Assembly (NCBI GenBank): GCA_963770335.1
Contig: CAVYPG010000019.1
Coordinates: 228,866-260,865, forward strand
Length of the DNA stretch: 32,000 bases
From: an uncultured Alphaproteobacteria bacterium
GTDB lineage: Bacteria; Pseudomonadota; Alphaproteobacteria; Dongiales; Dongiaceae
Direction: 5' to 3'
The translations under genes and the position numbers were made by a program. Shown here one piece after another: positions 1-8,237 of this stretch (within the stretch, counting starts at the first letter, position 1; each line of letters opens with the position of its first letter). The notes under the pieces are model-generated. The model searched no databases and was not told where the DNA came from. It saw only the letters and a list, made by a program, of their open reading frames with translations.

Positions 1-597
1 GCCGATACCGTCGAAAGCTCGACGGACGATGTCGCCAAGCTTGCCGATCCGGTCGAACGCCGGGTGGGCGAACGTCTGATCGCTCTCGCCCCCGTCGATC
101 GCCAGGCGCTGCTGCTGGTCCACCAGGAAGGGTTCTCGCAGGCCGAAGCGGCGGAAATTCTTGGCTTCACCAGCGAGGAGGTCTCGCGCCGCATCGACGA
201 TGCCTGGGCCAATCTCAAGCGCCAGCCGACCACGAGCGTTCTCATCATCGAGGACGAACCCGTCATCGCCCTCGATGTTGCCGAGTCGGTGAAGAGCCTG
301 GGTCATACCGTCACGGGCGTTGCCAACCGGGCATCCCAGGCGATCGCCATGGCAAAGGCAACGCCCCCCGGCCTCGTGCTCGCCGACATTCAGTTGAAGG
401 ATGGCAGCACTGGTGTTACGGCGGTGCGCGAGATCCTGAAATCGATCGACGTGCCGGTTGTATTCGTGACCGCGTTTCCGGAACGGCTGCTGACCGGTGA
501 GGCTCTCGAACCGGCCTTCGTCGTCACCAAACCCTTCGACAGCACGACGCTGAAAGTCGCCATCTCGCAGGCCCTGTTCTTCGCCAAGAGCGAATAA
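1..597 (+). CDS. phyR: PhyR-type anti-anti-sigma factor / response regulator (5' partial; frame is open to base 1)
   Basis: The N-terminal part resembles ECF sigma region 4 (LAPVDRQALLLVHQEGFSQAEAAEILG). It is followed by a receiver domain (VLIIEDEPVIA...LVLADIQL...TKPF). This sigma-like plus REC architecture is diagnostic of alphaproteobacterial PhyR. Confidence 0.85.
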   Translation, partial: ADTVESSTDDVAKLADPVERRVGERLIALAPVDRQALLLVHQEGFSQAEAAEILGFTSEEVSRRIDDAWANLKRQPTTSVLIIEDEPVIALDVAESVKSLGHTVTGVANRASQAIAMAKATPPGLVLADIQLKDGSTGVTAVREILKSIDVPVVFVTAFPERLLTGEALEPAFVVTKPFDSTTLKVAISQALFFAKSE

Positions 598-616
598 CAC
601 CATCTTTGCGGCACGC

Positions 617-670
617 GCGCCGAAACAGGCTGGCCATCAGAGCTAGCCTGGATCGGGGCGGTGTTTTTTT
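617..670 (+). terminator. Candidate phyR terminator: weak imperfect stem followed by a T7 run
   Basis: CAGGCT(626-631)/AGCCTG(645-650) and CGCC/GGCG pairings precede TTTTTTT at 664-670. The stem is poor and sits 13 nt from the T run. Confidence 0.3.
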
Positions 671-749
671 GCGCTGGCGCAGGCCTGGCCACCAGGCCTG
701 AACGGGACATGAGGCAACGTTACTTGCGCGGCCGCTTTAGTCTCATCAG

Positions 750-774
750 GGAACTATTCCACCAAACCCACATT
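750..774 (+). promoter_or_regulatory. Weak EcfG/RpoE2-type promoter candidate (GGAAC-N16-CATT)
   Basis: GGAAC at 750-754, a 16-nt spacer, then CATT at 771-774. It lies about 80 nt upstream of the 853 micro-ORF. The -10 deviates from CGTT but fits the looser GGAAC-N18-TT form. Confidence 0.3.
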
Positions 775-852
775 GTATTGGCGACGATTGGAACCTTTCC
801 GGTCGATGACACCGAGTTCAGTTTCGAACCCAGTGCCAGGAGAAACGACGTC

Positions 853-927
853 ATGAGATACGCGTTACTTTGGCTGTTGGGTGTGCCGATCCCGGTGCTC
901 ATTGTGATCTATCTGTTGTTCCATTGA
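853..927 (+). CDS. 24-aa hydrophobic micro-protein (MRYALLWLLGVPIPVLIVIYLLFH)
   Basis: ATG preceded by AGGAGA. The product is a single TM-like segment. Its stop lies 5 nt before the next gene's ATG, which has its own GGGAG SD. It appears only as the tail of track ORF 661..927. Confidence 0.45.
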   Translation: MRYALLWLLGVPIPVLIVIYLLFH

Positions 928-932
928 GGGAG

Positions 933-1175
933 ATGACCATGTCACGCACAGTCACTGTGGCCTTTGCCAGCCTTCTTTTCCTCAGCGCCTGCGGCCATTC
1001 GACCGGCGATCGCGCCTTGAGCGGTGCTGGAATCGGTGCTGCCGGCGGCGCTGTGGCGGGTGCGCTGGTCGGCGCGCCGCTTACGGGTGCCGTGATCGGT
1101 GGTGCCGCGGGTGCCGCGACCGGCGCTCTTACCTCGCCTAACCAGGTCAATCTCGGTCGCCCGATCTGGCGCTAA
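933..1175 (+). CDS. Glycine-zipper lipoprotein (OsmB / 17-kDa-antigen-like)
   Basis: Signal peptide with lipobox LSAC (MTMSRTVTVAFASLLFLSAC), then a G/A-rich glycine-zipper region (GAGIGAAGGAVAGALVGAPLTGAVIGGAAGAATGA). GAGGGAG SD upstream. The start could instead be 939. Confidence 0.75.
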   Translation: MTMSRTVTVAFASLLFLSACGHSTGDRALSGAGIGAAGGAVAGALVGAPLTGAVIGGAAGAATGALTSPNQVNLGRPIWR

Positions 1176-1250
1176 CCTTCGGCTGCCCCGATCTCTCCTT
1201 AGCCTGCGACTGATAGAGAATCGCGTCTCATTTCAAAAAGGGTGCTGAAA

Positions 1251-1406
1251 ATGCTCGGTACAATACTGATCGTATTATTGATCCTGTTCCTGATCGGCTC
1301 GCTACCGACCTGGCCCTATAGCGGCGGCTGGGGCTACTTTCCGAGCGGCGGTCTGGGACTGGTGCTGATTGTGGTGATCATTCTGTTAGTGATGGGCCGG
1401 ATATAG
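1251..1406 (+). CDS. DUF3309-family small membrane protein (51 aa), absent from the ORF track
   Basis: My translation is MLGTILIVLLILFLIGSLPTWPYSGGWGYFPSGGLGLVLIVVIILLVMGRI*. The LPTWPYS..WGY.PSGGLG core matches my memory of DUF3309. A strong terminator follows. Confidence 0.75.
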   Translation: MLGTILIVLLILFLIGSLPTWPYSGGWGYFPSGGLGLVLIVVIILLVMGRI

Positions 1407-1430
1407 CCGCAGGCCGATTGCGGATTTTAG

Positions 1431-1467
1431 CCCGCCGCCGGTGCTCAACTGGCGGCGGGTCTTGTTT
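1431..1467 (+). terminator. Rho-independent terminator
   Basis: Perfect 9-bp GC stem CCCGCCGCC(1431-1439)/GGCGGCGGG(1451-1459) with an 11-nt loop, then TCTTGTTT. A smaller hairpin CCGCA/TGCGG (1407-1423) plus ATTTTA precedes it. Confidence 0.7.
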
Positions 1468-1505
1468 GCCGTAATTCTTTCGCTGATTTTCCCCGGAGCA
1501 TAATC

Positions 1506-1727
1506 ATGAAACCAATATCGATCGTGGGCCTGGTCCTTATCATCGCCGGCATCGTTGGCCTGGCCCTGGGCCATTTCTCATTCACAACGGAAAAGAAGAT
1601 CATCGACGTCGGCCCGATCACGGCGACGACCGAAGAACATCACTCGATTCCCATTCCCGATATCGCAGGCGTGGTGGCCGTCGTGGCCGGCGCTGTCCTG
1701 CTCATCGTCGGACAGCGCCGGGCCTGA
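1506..1727 (+). CDS. Small 2-TM membrane protein (73 aa), family not recognised
   Basis: GGAG SD 8 nt upstream of the ATG. Hydrophobic N- and C-terminal segments (ISIVGLVLIIAGIVGLALG and IAGVVAVVAGAVLLIVG) flank a polar loop. Confidence 0.6.
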   Translation: MKPISIVGLVLIIAGIVGLALGHFSFTTEKKIIDVGPITATTEEHHSIPIPDIAGVVAVVAGAVLLIVGQRRA

Positions 1728-1760
1728 ACGGTTGGTGCGGCGCTACCGCCGCGCGCTTAA

Positions 1761-2411
1761 TTATCGCCGCGCCGCTTGTGCTTTCTTCGGCGCCGCTGTC
1801 TGACGGCCGGCCAGCTGTAGCTGCTCGGCGACAAACGACCAGCTCACCAGATGATCGAGGAAGACATCGACGAAGTCGGCGCGCTTGTCCTGATAGTCGA
1901 GATAATAAGCGTGCTCCCAGACATCGCATGCCAGAAGCGGGGTTTCGCCCTCGATCATGGGGTTGTCGGCGTTCGCTGTCTTGCGGATCTTGAGCGTGCC
2001 GGATGAGTCCACCAGCCAGGCATAGCCGCTGCCGAACTGGCCAATGGCCGCCTTCTTGAACTCCTCGTGAAATTTGTCCAGGCCGCCGAAGGCGCCATCG
2101 ATCTGTTTGGCGAGCAATCCGTCAGGCTTGCCGCCGCCACCGGGCGTCATGCAGTTCCACAAAAACGTGTGGTTCCAGGCTTGCGCGGCATTGTGGAAGA
2201 TGTCGATCTTGGTCTTGTCCTGCGACTTGGCGGTCGCCAGCACGATTTCCTCGAGCTCTTTCTCGGCGAAGGGCGTGCCCTCGATCAGCTTGTTCAGCTT
2301 TTCGACATAGGTGCGGTGATGGTGGTCGTGGTGAAACTCGAGCGTACGCGCCGAGAGATGCGGCTCGAGTGCTGATTTGGCGTAGGGCAGCGGCGGCAGT
2401 TGGAAAGCCAT
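1761..2411 (-). CDS. sodB: Fe/Mn-family superoxide dismutase (Fe-type signature), 216 aa
   Basis: MAFQLPPLPY...LEFHHDHHH...AAQAWNHTFLW...DVWEHAYYLDYQ. AAAGAGGAG SD before the ATG at 2411. The upstream part of track ORF 1761..2498 is not coding. Confidence 0.92.
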   Translation of the reverse strand: MAFQLPPLPYAKSALEPHLSARTLEFHHDHHHRTYVEKLNKLIEGTPFAEKELEEIVLATAKSQDKTKIDIFHNAAQAWNHTFLWNCMTPGGGGKPDGLLAKQIDGAFGGLDKFHEEFKKAAIGQFGSGYAWLVDSSGTLKIRKTANADNPMIEGETPLLACDVWEHAYYLDYQDKRADFVDVFLDHLVSWSFVAEQLQLAGRQTAAPKKAQAARR

Positions 2412-2485
2412 GATTAACTCCTCTTTGATTGACCAAGCGCGATTTGGATTGGACGATCGGGTGCGCAGCACCCCTCGCTGGTCGT

Positions 2486-2510
2486 AACCCCTCGGCAACA
2501 GCGAAGTTCC
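2486..2510 (-). promoter_or_regulatory. EcfG-type promoter candidate for sodB (GGAAC-N16-GGTT on the minus strand)
   Basis: Reverse complement of 2486-2510 reads GGAACttcgctgttgccgaggGGTT. It lies about 75 nt upstream of the sodB ATG. There is one mismatch to the CGTT -10. Confidence 0.45.
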
Positions 2511-2599
2511 TCTAAATCAGCGCGCAAATCATTGCGATGCGTCCACATATGCGGCGGGGTTTGGCAGGGTTTGCGCGGGCTCGGAGCGGGTCAGAACCG

Positions 2600-2624
2600 G
2601 GAACCAAACCCCCTAGGGCGCGTT
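2600..2624 (+). promoter_or_regulatory. Consensus EcfG (general stress sigma) promoter GGAAC-N16-CGTT
   Basis: GGAAC at 2600-2604, exactly 16 nt, then CGTT at 2621-2624. It is intergenic, points at the ferritin-like gene at 2797, and is the only perfect match I found in the window. Confidence 0.6.
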
Positions 2625-2796
2625 GGTTGTAATGTGTCGTTAAAGGCGCCTGTTAAGCTCGGGAGTTCAGCGATGAATTGGGATCGTGCCGCGGGCGCTC
2701 CCCCTTACTGGCCCTTGCCAGTTGCTGCAACTCTGAGATGATAGGCTGCGGTCGGACTCTGGGTTCGGCGGCCGTGTAAGCGAGGGGTGGGCGAGA

Positions 2797-3639
2797 ATGC
2801 TACCAACGCCCGAGATTGAGAGCGGGTCTGCCAGGCATCAGCGTTGGACGCTGGACGATATTCCCTGGCACAAGATCGAGAGCAGGGTCGTTGCAGCGGA
2901 AGAAGAACTTCTTCTTCTGGTTGCTTCGGCGTCGTTCGTGGAAATCGCTACCGACATCTATGCGCGCAACCTGCTGGAGCGTTTTTCCAACGAGCAGGAG
3001 GTCGGCGATTGGCTGGAGCGCCATTGGCAGCATGAAGAGCTGCAGCATGGTCATGCGCTGCGCCGCTATGTCGAGGCGGCCTGGCCGTCATTCGACTGGG
3101 TGGGGGTCCATCGTCTGTTCTTCGAGGAATTTTCGATTACCTGCAAGACCGAGGCGCTGGAAGCGACCAAGGCGCTGGAGATGGCCTCGCGCTGTGTCGT
3201 CGAGATGGGGACGGCCAGCTATTACACGACCCTCAGCCGGCTCAGCCCGGAACCGGTGTTGCGCGAACTCGCCGCCTTCATCGCCGAGGACGAGGTGCGG
3301 CACTACAAGCACTTCTACCGCTATTTTTGCCGCTACCGCGACCTGGAGGAGCCGGGCCGCGCGCGCATCGCTCTCGCGCTGTGGCGCCGGTTGAAGATGA
3401 TCCGCGACGACGATGGCTATCTCGCCTTCAAGCATATCTATGAGGCACGTCACCCCGGCGAGCGGGCGACCCGTGCCGTCTATCGCAAGGCACGCCGGCG
3501 CTGCAAGGATGTGATCAGCAACCACTTTCCTCATGAGATGAGTATCAAGATGTTGCTGAAACCGCTGGATCTCGCGCCCACGACCCACCGGGTGGCACAG
3601 ACCACCCTGGAAGCCCTGGCCAGGCGCCTGGTGGCCTAA
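2797..3639 (+). CDS. Ferritin-like diiron-carboxylate protein (280 aa)
   Basis: Two E...ExxH-type motifs (FVEIATD...EELQHGHAL and VVEMGT...EDEVRHYKHF) are typical of ferritin-like/desaturase-like four-helix-bundle diiron proteins. Confidence 0.7.
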   Translation: MLPTPEIESGSARHQRWTLDDIPWHKIESRVVAAEEELLLLVASASFVEIATDIYARNLLERFSNEQEVGDWLERHWQHEELQHGHALRRYVEAAWPSFDWVGVHRLFFEEFSITCKTEALEATKALEMASRCVVEMGTASYYTTLSRLSPEPVLRELAAFIAEDEVRHYKHFYRYFCRYRDLEEPGRARIALALWRRLKMIRDDDGYLAFKHIYEARHPGERATRAVYRKARRRCKDVISNHFPHEMSIKMLLKPLDLAPTTHRVAQTTLEALARRLVA

Positions 3640-4274
3640 CTCTTTCGCGTCTCTGCCATCGCCGCGGCCACGGCCGTTTCCGCGCTGCCGCCTTCGCGCT
3701 GCAATCCCGCTTCGGCCCCCAGGCGATTGTCGGCCGACTGGTTCTGACTCATCTTCCATTTGCCCTCCAATCGGGCGATCGGCATGTCGAAGCCGACGAT
3801 GCCTTTCAGCCGGGCGCGGATGTAATCCGCCGGCGCGTCGCTCACCGCCCAGGGATCGGCCCGCTTGCCTTCATGCTGCTGCGTCAGCGCCGTCACCAGC
3901 GCCAGCAGCCGGTCCGCATCGTCGAAGAACGACACCCGGCCGTACGCATGGACCGCGACATAATTCCAGGTGGGCACGACCTTGCCGTCCGCTTGTTTGC
4001 TGGGATACCAGGCGGGCGAGATGTAGGCCTCGGGCCCCATGAAGATCGCCAGCCCCTCGACCTCGCTGTTGCTGTCGCGCCATTGCGTGTTGGCGCGGGC
4101 GACATGGCCGCGCAGCGTGCCATAGGGTGCCGGCTCCGGATCGAAATGCAGGGGAACGTGACTCGCCACCAGCCCGCCGGCCGTCATGGTGACCAGGCTC
4201 GCCAGGCGGCTGCTGCGGATCGCCTCCTGCAACAGGGGCAGTTGCTCTTCCTTGAAATGCGGGGGAACGTACAT
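3636..4274 (-). CDS. paiB: PaiB-family FMN-binding putative transcriptional regulator
   Basis: MYVPPHFKE... N-terminus and ...GKWKMSQN... near the C-terminus are hallmark PaiB/pyridoxamine-oxidase-like motifs. 212 aa. It overlaps the convergent upstream gene by 4 bp. Confidence 0.8.
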   Translation of the reverse strand: MYVPPHFKEEQLPLLQEAIRSSRLASLVTMTAGGLVASHVPLHFDPEPAPYGTLRGHVARANTQWRDSNSEVEGLAIFMGPEAYISPAWYPSKQADGKVVPTWNYVAVHAYGRVSFFDDADRLLALVTALTQQHEGKRADPWAVSDAPADYIRARLKGIVGFDMPIARLEGKWKMSQNQSADNRLGAEAGLQREGGSAETAVAAAMAETRKS

Positions 4275-4543
4275 CGCCTACCTCGTGCCTTGGACACATC
4301 ATGCTCTGTCGCGAGGCGAGTTTGATCGGGTCGCAGATGATCTGACAAGCGATGCGGCGAAGCGCCCGTATCGCATAGCCGGGCGGAACCGGCATGGTGC
4401 CGGCCATCAGTTGCGAGTCACTTTCATTAGCGTTGACCCCCGGCTCGAAACTCTGCTATTGGTCAGCGCCATTGCGAATGACTTGCAACTAGCGACGGTA
4501 TGCTGCCGCTCCTTCGCGGCGCCGTCTTTGCCCGGAGGTATCG

Positions 4544-5565
4544 ATGCGTTTGCGTCCCGCTGTTCTTGGCCTGATTGCCGCCTCTCTCGGTTTCTGGATG
4601 GCGGGATCGATCATCCGCCACGGCCGCAACCCAGACGCTCACTCTTTATAGCGGTCAGCACCCGCAGACCGTCGACGCCCTCGTCGCCGATTTTGAGAAG
4701 GCGACGGACATCAAGGTGCGGGTCCATTCCGGCGAAGGCCCGGAAGTGGCCAACCAGCTGGTGGAGGAGGGAGCAGGACTCCCCGGCCGATGTCTATTTC
4801 ACCGAGAACACGCCCGAACTCATGCTGCTGGAGGAGAAGGGCCTGCTCGCCGATGTCGCGCCCGAGGCGCTCGCCAGCGTGCCGGCCCGCTACAACTCGC
4901 CATCCGGCAAATGGCTCGCCGTGCTGGCGCGCCAGAACGTGCTCGCCTACAACCCGGGCGTGATCAAGGAAGCCGACCTGCCGAAATCGCTGCTCGATTT
5001 TGCTGATCCCGCCTGGAAGGACAAGGTCGCGATTGCCCCGACCGATGCCGATTTCCTGCCGGTCGTTGCCGCGGTCATCGCGCTCAAGGGCAAGGACGCG
5101 GCATTGGCCTGGCTCAAGGGGCTGAAGGCCAATGCGCAGATCTTCGACGATGACGAGGCGGTGGCGGCAGCGGTGGAGGGTGGTCGCGTGGCGACCGGCG
5201 TCATCAACAACTACTACTGGGACAGGCTGATGGTGCAGCAGGGTGCCGCCAGCACCAAGAGCAAGCTCTACTACTTCGGCCATGGCGATCCCGGCGCGGT
5301 GGTCAACGTCTCCGGCGTGGCGGTGCTGAAATCGGCACCATATCCCTCGGCGGCGCAGAAGTTCGCTGCCTATCTGGTCAGCGAACGAGCCCAGCAACTG
5401 CTCGCCAAGGGCAAGATCAATTTCGAATACCCGCTGCGTCCCGGTGTTGCGCCCGATCCGGTGTTGAAGCCGTTCAGCGAGCTGGAGCCGCCGGCGCTTG
5501 ATGCAACCAAGCTTGGCGACGATTCGAGTGTGGGCGAACTCATGCAAGAGGCCGGTCTGCTCTGA
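4544..5565 (+). pseudogene. Fe(III)-type ABC transporter substrate-binding protein, interrupted by two +1 frameshifts
   Basis: Three frames carry consecutive parts of the protein:
- Frame 2: signal peptide MRLRPAVLGLIAASLGFWMAGS.
- Frame 3: SSATAATQTLTLYSGQHPQTVDALVADFEKATDIKVRVHSGEGPEVANQLVEEG.
- Frame 1: SPADVYFTENTPEL... through to the stop.
The shifts are at about 4600-4612 and 4770-4780. Length minus 2 is a multiple of 3 (339 aa). Confidence 0.8.
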
Positions 5566-5663
5566 GCGATCATTCCCCCAGCATCGGCGTCAGGCTCGCG
5601 CCTTTCGCCTTCTCGCGCCAACGGCCGCCGGCGGGTCTTCTCGCCGCTGCGGCCGTCGGCGGT

Positions 5664-7160
5664 TTGCTGGTATTGCTGCCGCTGGGATCGATGGCGGTGC
5701 AGGCCTTCGGCGTCGGGCTGCAGTCTGCGATCCGGCTGCTGTTTCGCCCGCTGGTCGGCGAATTGCTTATGCATACGCTGGCCATTTCCATCGCCACCGC
5801 GCTTTGCTGTGCGGTCATCGGAACGGCCGCGGCCTGGTTCGTGGAACGCACCGATCTTCCCGGGCGGCGCCTCTGGGGCGTGCTGGCGGTGGTGCCGCTC
5901 GCGATTCCCGCCTTCGTTTCCAGCTATGCCTGGGTATCGCTGAGCCCGGCGCTGCAGGATTTCTGGGGCGCGCTTCTGGTCGTGACGAGCGCCTATTTCC
6001 CGTTGGTCTATCTGCCGGTGGCGGCGGCGCTACGCGGCATGGATCCCTCGCTCGAAGAAACGGCGCGCTCACTCGGCTGCGGACCCTGGCAGCGCTTCCA
6101 TCGCGTTGTGCTGCCCCAGCTTCGCCCGGCACTGCTGGGCGGCATGCTGCTGGTCACCCTCGACGTGCTGGCCGAGTTCGGCGCCTTCGGCCTGCTGCGC
6201 TATCGCACCTTCACCACCGAGATCTATGCCGAGTACCGCACCAGCTTCAACGGGCCGGGCGCCTCGCTGCTGGCGGGCGTGCTGATCCTGCTCTGCCTGG
6301 TCTGCCTTGCCGCCGAGATGAAGGTGCGGGGTGCCGCCCAATATGGCCGCATCGGCCGCGGCACGCTGCGCCGCTCCTCGCGCTATGAGTTGCGCGAAGC
6401 AAAGCCTGTCGTCCTGGCGGGATTTGCGATATTGGCGGCAACGACAATCGGCGTGCCGCTCGCGACGATCGCCTATTGGCTGACCCAGGAGGGGGCGGCC
6501 GCCATCACGCCGGCCCAGGTCTCGCCCGCCTTGCTGATGTCGGCGACGGTTGCCTCGCTGGGCTATGGAATCGCCGGCGCCATCGTCACCACGCTTCTGG
6601 CCCTGCCACTGGGTTTCCTTGCCACCCACTATCGCGGCCCGCTGGTCACATTGCTGGAACGCGCAGCCTATCTGGCCCAGGGCGTGCCGGGCATCGTGAT
6701 CGCCTTGGCAATCGTGGCGCTGACCGTTCACGCGTTGAATCCGCTCTACCAGACGGCCGCCCTGCTGGTCATCGCCTATGCCATCCTGTTCCTGCCGCTG
6801 GCTCTGGTCAGCGTGCGGGCCGCCTTCGTGCAGGCGCAGCCGCGACTGGAAGAAAGCGCGCGTGCGCTCGGCATCGGCTGGCTGGAAACCGCATGGCGCG
6901 TCGTGCTGCCGCTGGCAGCACCGGGCCTTGGCGCCGGCGGCGCCATGGTCTTCATCTCGGTCGTTACCGAACTCACCACGACGCTGCTGCTGGCGCCCAT
7001 CGGAACCAAGACGCTCGCGACGCAGATCTGGGTCGACACGTCCAGCGTGGCCTTTGCCGCCGCCGCGCCCTATGCCGCGTTGCTGGTGAGCATCTCGCTG
7101 GCCTCGTCCTGGGTGTTGGCTACATTGTTCGGCCGCTCCAACGTTCTGGCGTCGTCATGA
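5664..7160 (+). CDS. Fe(III)-type ABC transporter permease (duplicated two-domain FbpB/ThiP type)
   Basis: 12-TM-like protein with two binding-protein-dependent permease halves (EETARSLGCGPWQRF and EESARALGIGWLETAW EAA loops). The frame stays open and hydrophobic back to 5565 with no ATG/GTG/TTG, so the true start is uncertain. Confidence 0.8.
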   Translation: MLVLLPLGSMAVQAFGVGLQSAIRLLFRPLVGELLMHTLAISIATALCCAVIGTAAAWFVERTDLPGRRLWGVLAVVPLAIPAFVSSYAWVSLSPALQDFWGALLVVTSAYFPLVYLPVAAALRGMDPSLEETARSLGCGPWQRFHRVVLPQLRPALLGGMLLVTLDVLAEFGAFGLLRYRTFTTEIYAEYRTSFNGPGASLLAGVLILLCLVCLAAEMKVRGAAQYGRIGRGTLRRSSRYELREAKPVVLAGFAILAATTIGVPLATIAYWLTQEGAAAITPAQVSPALLMSATVASLGYGIAGAIVTTLLALPLGFLATHYRGPLVTLLERAAYLAQGVPGIVIALAIVALTVHALNPLYQTAALLVIAYAILFLPLALVSVRAAFVQAQPRLEESARALGIGWLETAWRVVLPLAAPGLGAGGAMVFISVVTELTTTLLLAPIGTKTLATQIWVDTSSVAFAAAAPYAALLVSISLASSWVLATLFGRSNVLASS

Positions 7161-8215
7161 CCGAACTCGTCATCACCGGATTGAGCAAGAGCTTCGGGCC
7201 GAACACGGTGCTGCGCGGGGTCGACCTGAATGTCGCCTCGGGCAGCCTGGTCGCCATCCTGGGTCCCTCGGGCAGCGGGAAGACGACCCTGTTGCGTCTG
7301 GTCTGCGGTTTCGAGCGCGCCGATGGCGGGACGATCCGGATCGGCGATGACATCGTCTCCGACCGCAGCCGACATGTCGCTCCCGAGCAGCGCCATATCG
7401 GCTATGTGGCGCAGGAAGGCGGTCTGTTTCCCCATCTCTCGGTGGCCGACAACATCGTCTTCGGCCTGCCGCGGAGCCAGCGCAAGGCGCGCCATCGGGT
7501 GGCCGAACTGCTGGAGCTGGTGGGATTGCCGGCGAGCTATGCCGATCGCGCGCCGCAGGCGCTGTCGGGCGGCGAACAGCAGCGCGTGTCGGTGGCCCGC
7601 GCGCTGGCGCCGTCACCAGGTCTGGTTCTGCTCGACGAGCCGTTCTCCTCGCTCGATGCCGGATTGCGGGCCGAAACGCGCCAGGCCGTTGCCAGCGCGC
7701 TCGCCGCCGTCGGCGCCACGGCGCTGCTGGTCACCCACGACCAGCCGGAAGCGCTTTCCATGGGCCATCGCGTCGCCGTTCTCTGGGGCGGCCGGCTGGT
7801 GCAGATCGCCAGCCCCGAAACGCTTTATCGCCTGCCGGCCGATCCGGCGCTGGCGCAGTTCGTGGGCGAAGCGGTGCTGCTGCCCGGCACGGTTCGCGCC
7901 GGTGTCGCGACATGCAGCCTCGGCCAGCTGGCTCTTGCCGCCCCCGTCGCCGACGGGCCGGTCGAGGTGCTGCTGCGCCCCGAGCAGATCCGTTTGACGG
8001 CGGCGCTCGATGCCACGACCGGTATTCATGCGCGCGTGCGCGAGGTGAACTATTACGGCCACGATGCCAGCGTCAATCTGACGCTGAACGAGGGCAACGT
8101 GGCGACACCGATCATTGCCCGTGTGCCGGGCTATGACAGTCCGCATCCAGGCGATGCGGTAACGTTGTCGGTGGAGGGCGCCGTCTTTGCTTATCCACGC
8201 CGGCCGGGCCATTAA
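7157..8215 (+). CDS. ABC transporter ATP-binding protein (FbpC-like, with C-terminal TOBE-like domain)
   Basis: Walker A GPSGSGKTT, signature LSGGEQQR, Walker B LVLLDEPFS. ATGA overlap with the permease stop. Upstream of 7157, track ORF 6476..8215 overlaps the permease out of frame. Confidence 0.9.
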   Translation: MTELVITGLSKSFGPNTVLRGVDLNVASGSLVAILGPSGSGKTTLLRLVCGFERADGGTIRIGDDIVSDRSRHVAPEQRHIGYVAQEGGLFPHLSVADNIVFGLPRSQRKARHRVAELLELVGLPASYADRAPQALSGGEQQRVSVARALAPSPGLVLLDEPFSSLDAGLRAETRQAVASALAAVGATALLVTHDQPEALSMGHRVAVLWGGRLVQIASPETLYRLPADPALAQFVGEAVLLPGTVRAGVATCSLGQLALAAPVADGPVEVLLRPEQIRLTAALDATTGIHARVREVNYYGHDASVNLTLNEGNVATPIIARVPGYDSPHPGDAVTLSVEGAVFAYPRRPGH

Positions 8216-8237
8216 TCAAGCGGCGGGAGTGAAAGGG

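Noticed and set aside
2621-2636. Near-identical 16-mer CGTTGGTTGTAAYGTG shared with 11570-11585
   Set aside because: A 12-nt exact match is expected by chance several times in a 32-kb window. The second copy has no GGAAC at the right spacing and lies on the wrong strand for the adjacent gene.
2673-2741. 22-aa upstream ORF (MNWDRAAGAPPYWPLPVAATLR) between the EcfG promoter and the ferritin-like gene
   Set aside because: It has a GGGAG SD but no other support. It cannot be distinguished from chance without conservation or ribosome-profiling data.
4275-4543. Search for iron-regulator boxes (Fur/Mur-like palindrome, Irr ICE box, RirA TGA-N9-TCA) upstream of the Fe(III)-type SBP
   Set aside because: I found only a weak TTGC-N9-GCAA symmetry (ATTGCGAATGACTTGCAA) and no good match to the motifs as I remember them. 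This is not enough to call.
6476-7156. Long N-terminal extension of the ABC ATPase ORF (track ORF 6476..8215)
   Set aside because: It overlaps the permease out of frame and is Arg/Gly/Ala-rich. The ATPase clearly begins at MTELVITGL (7157), with an ATGA overlap.
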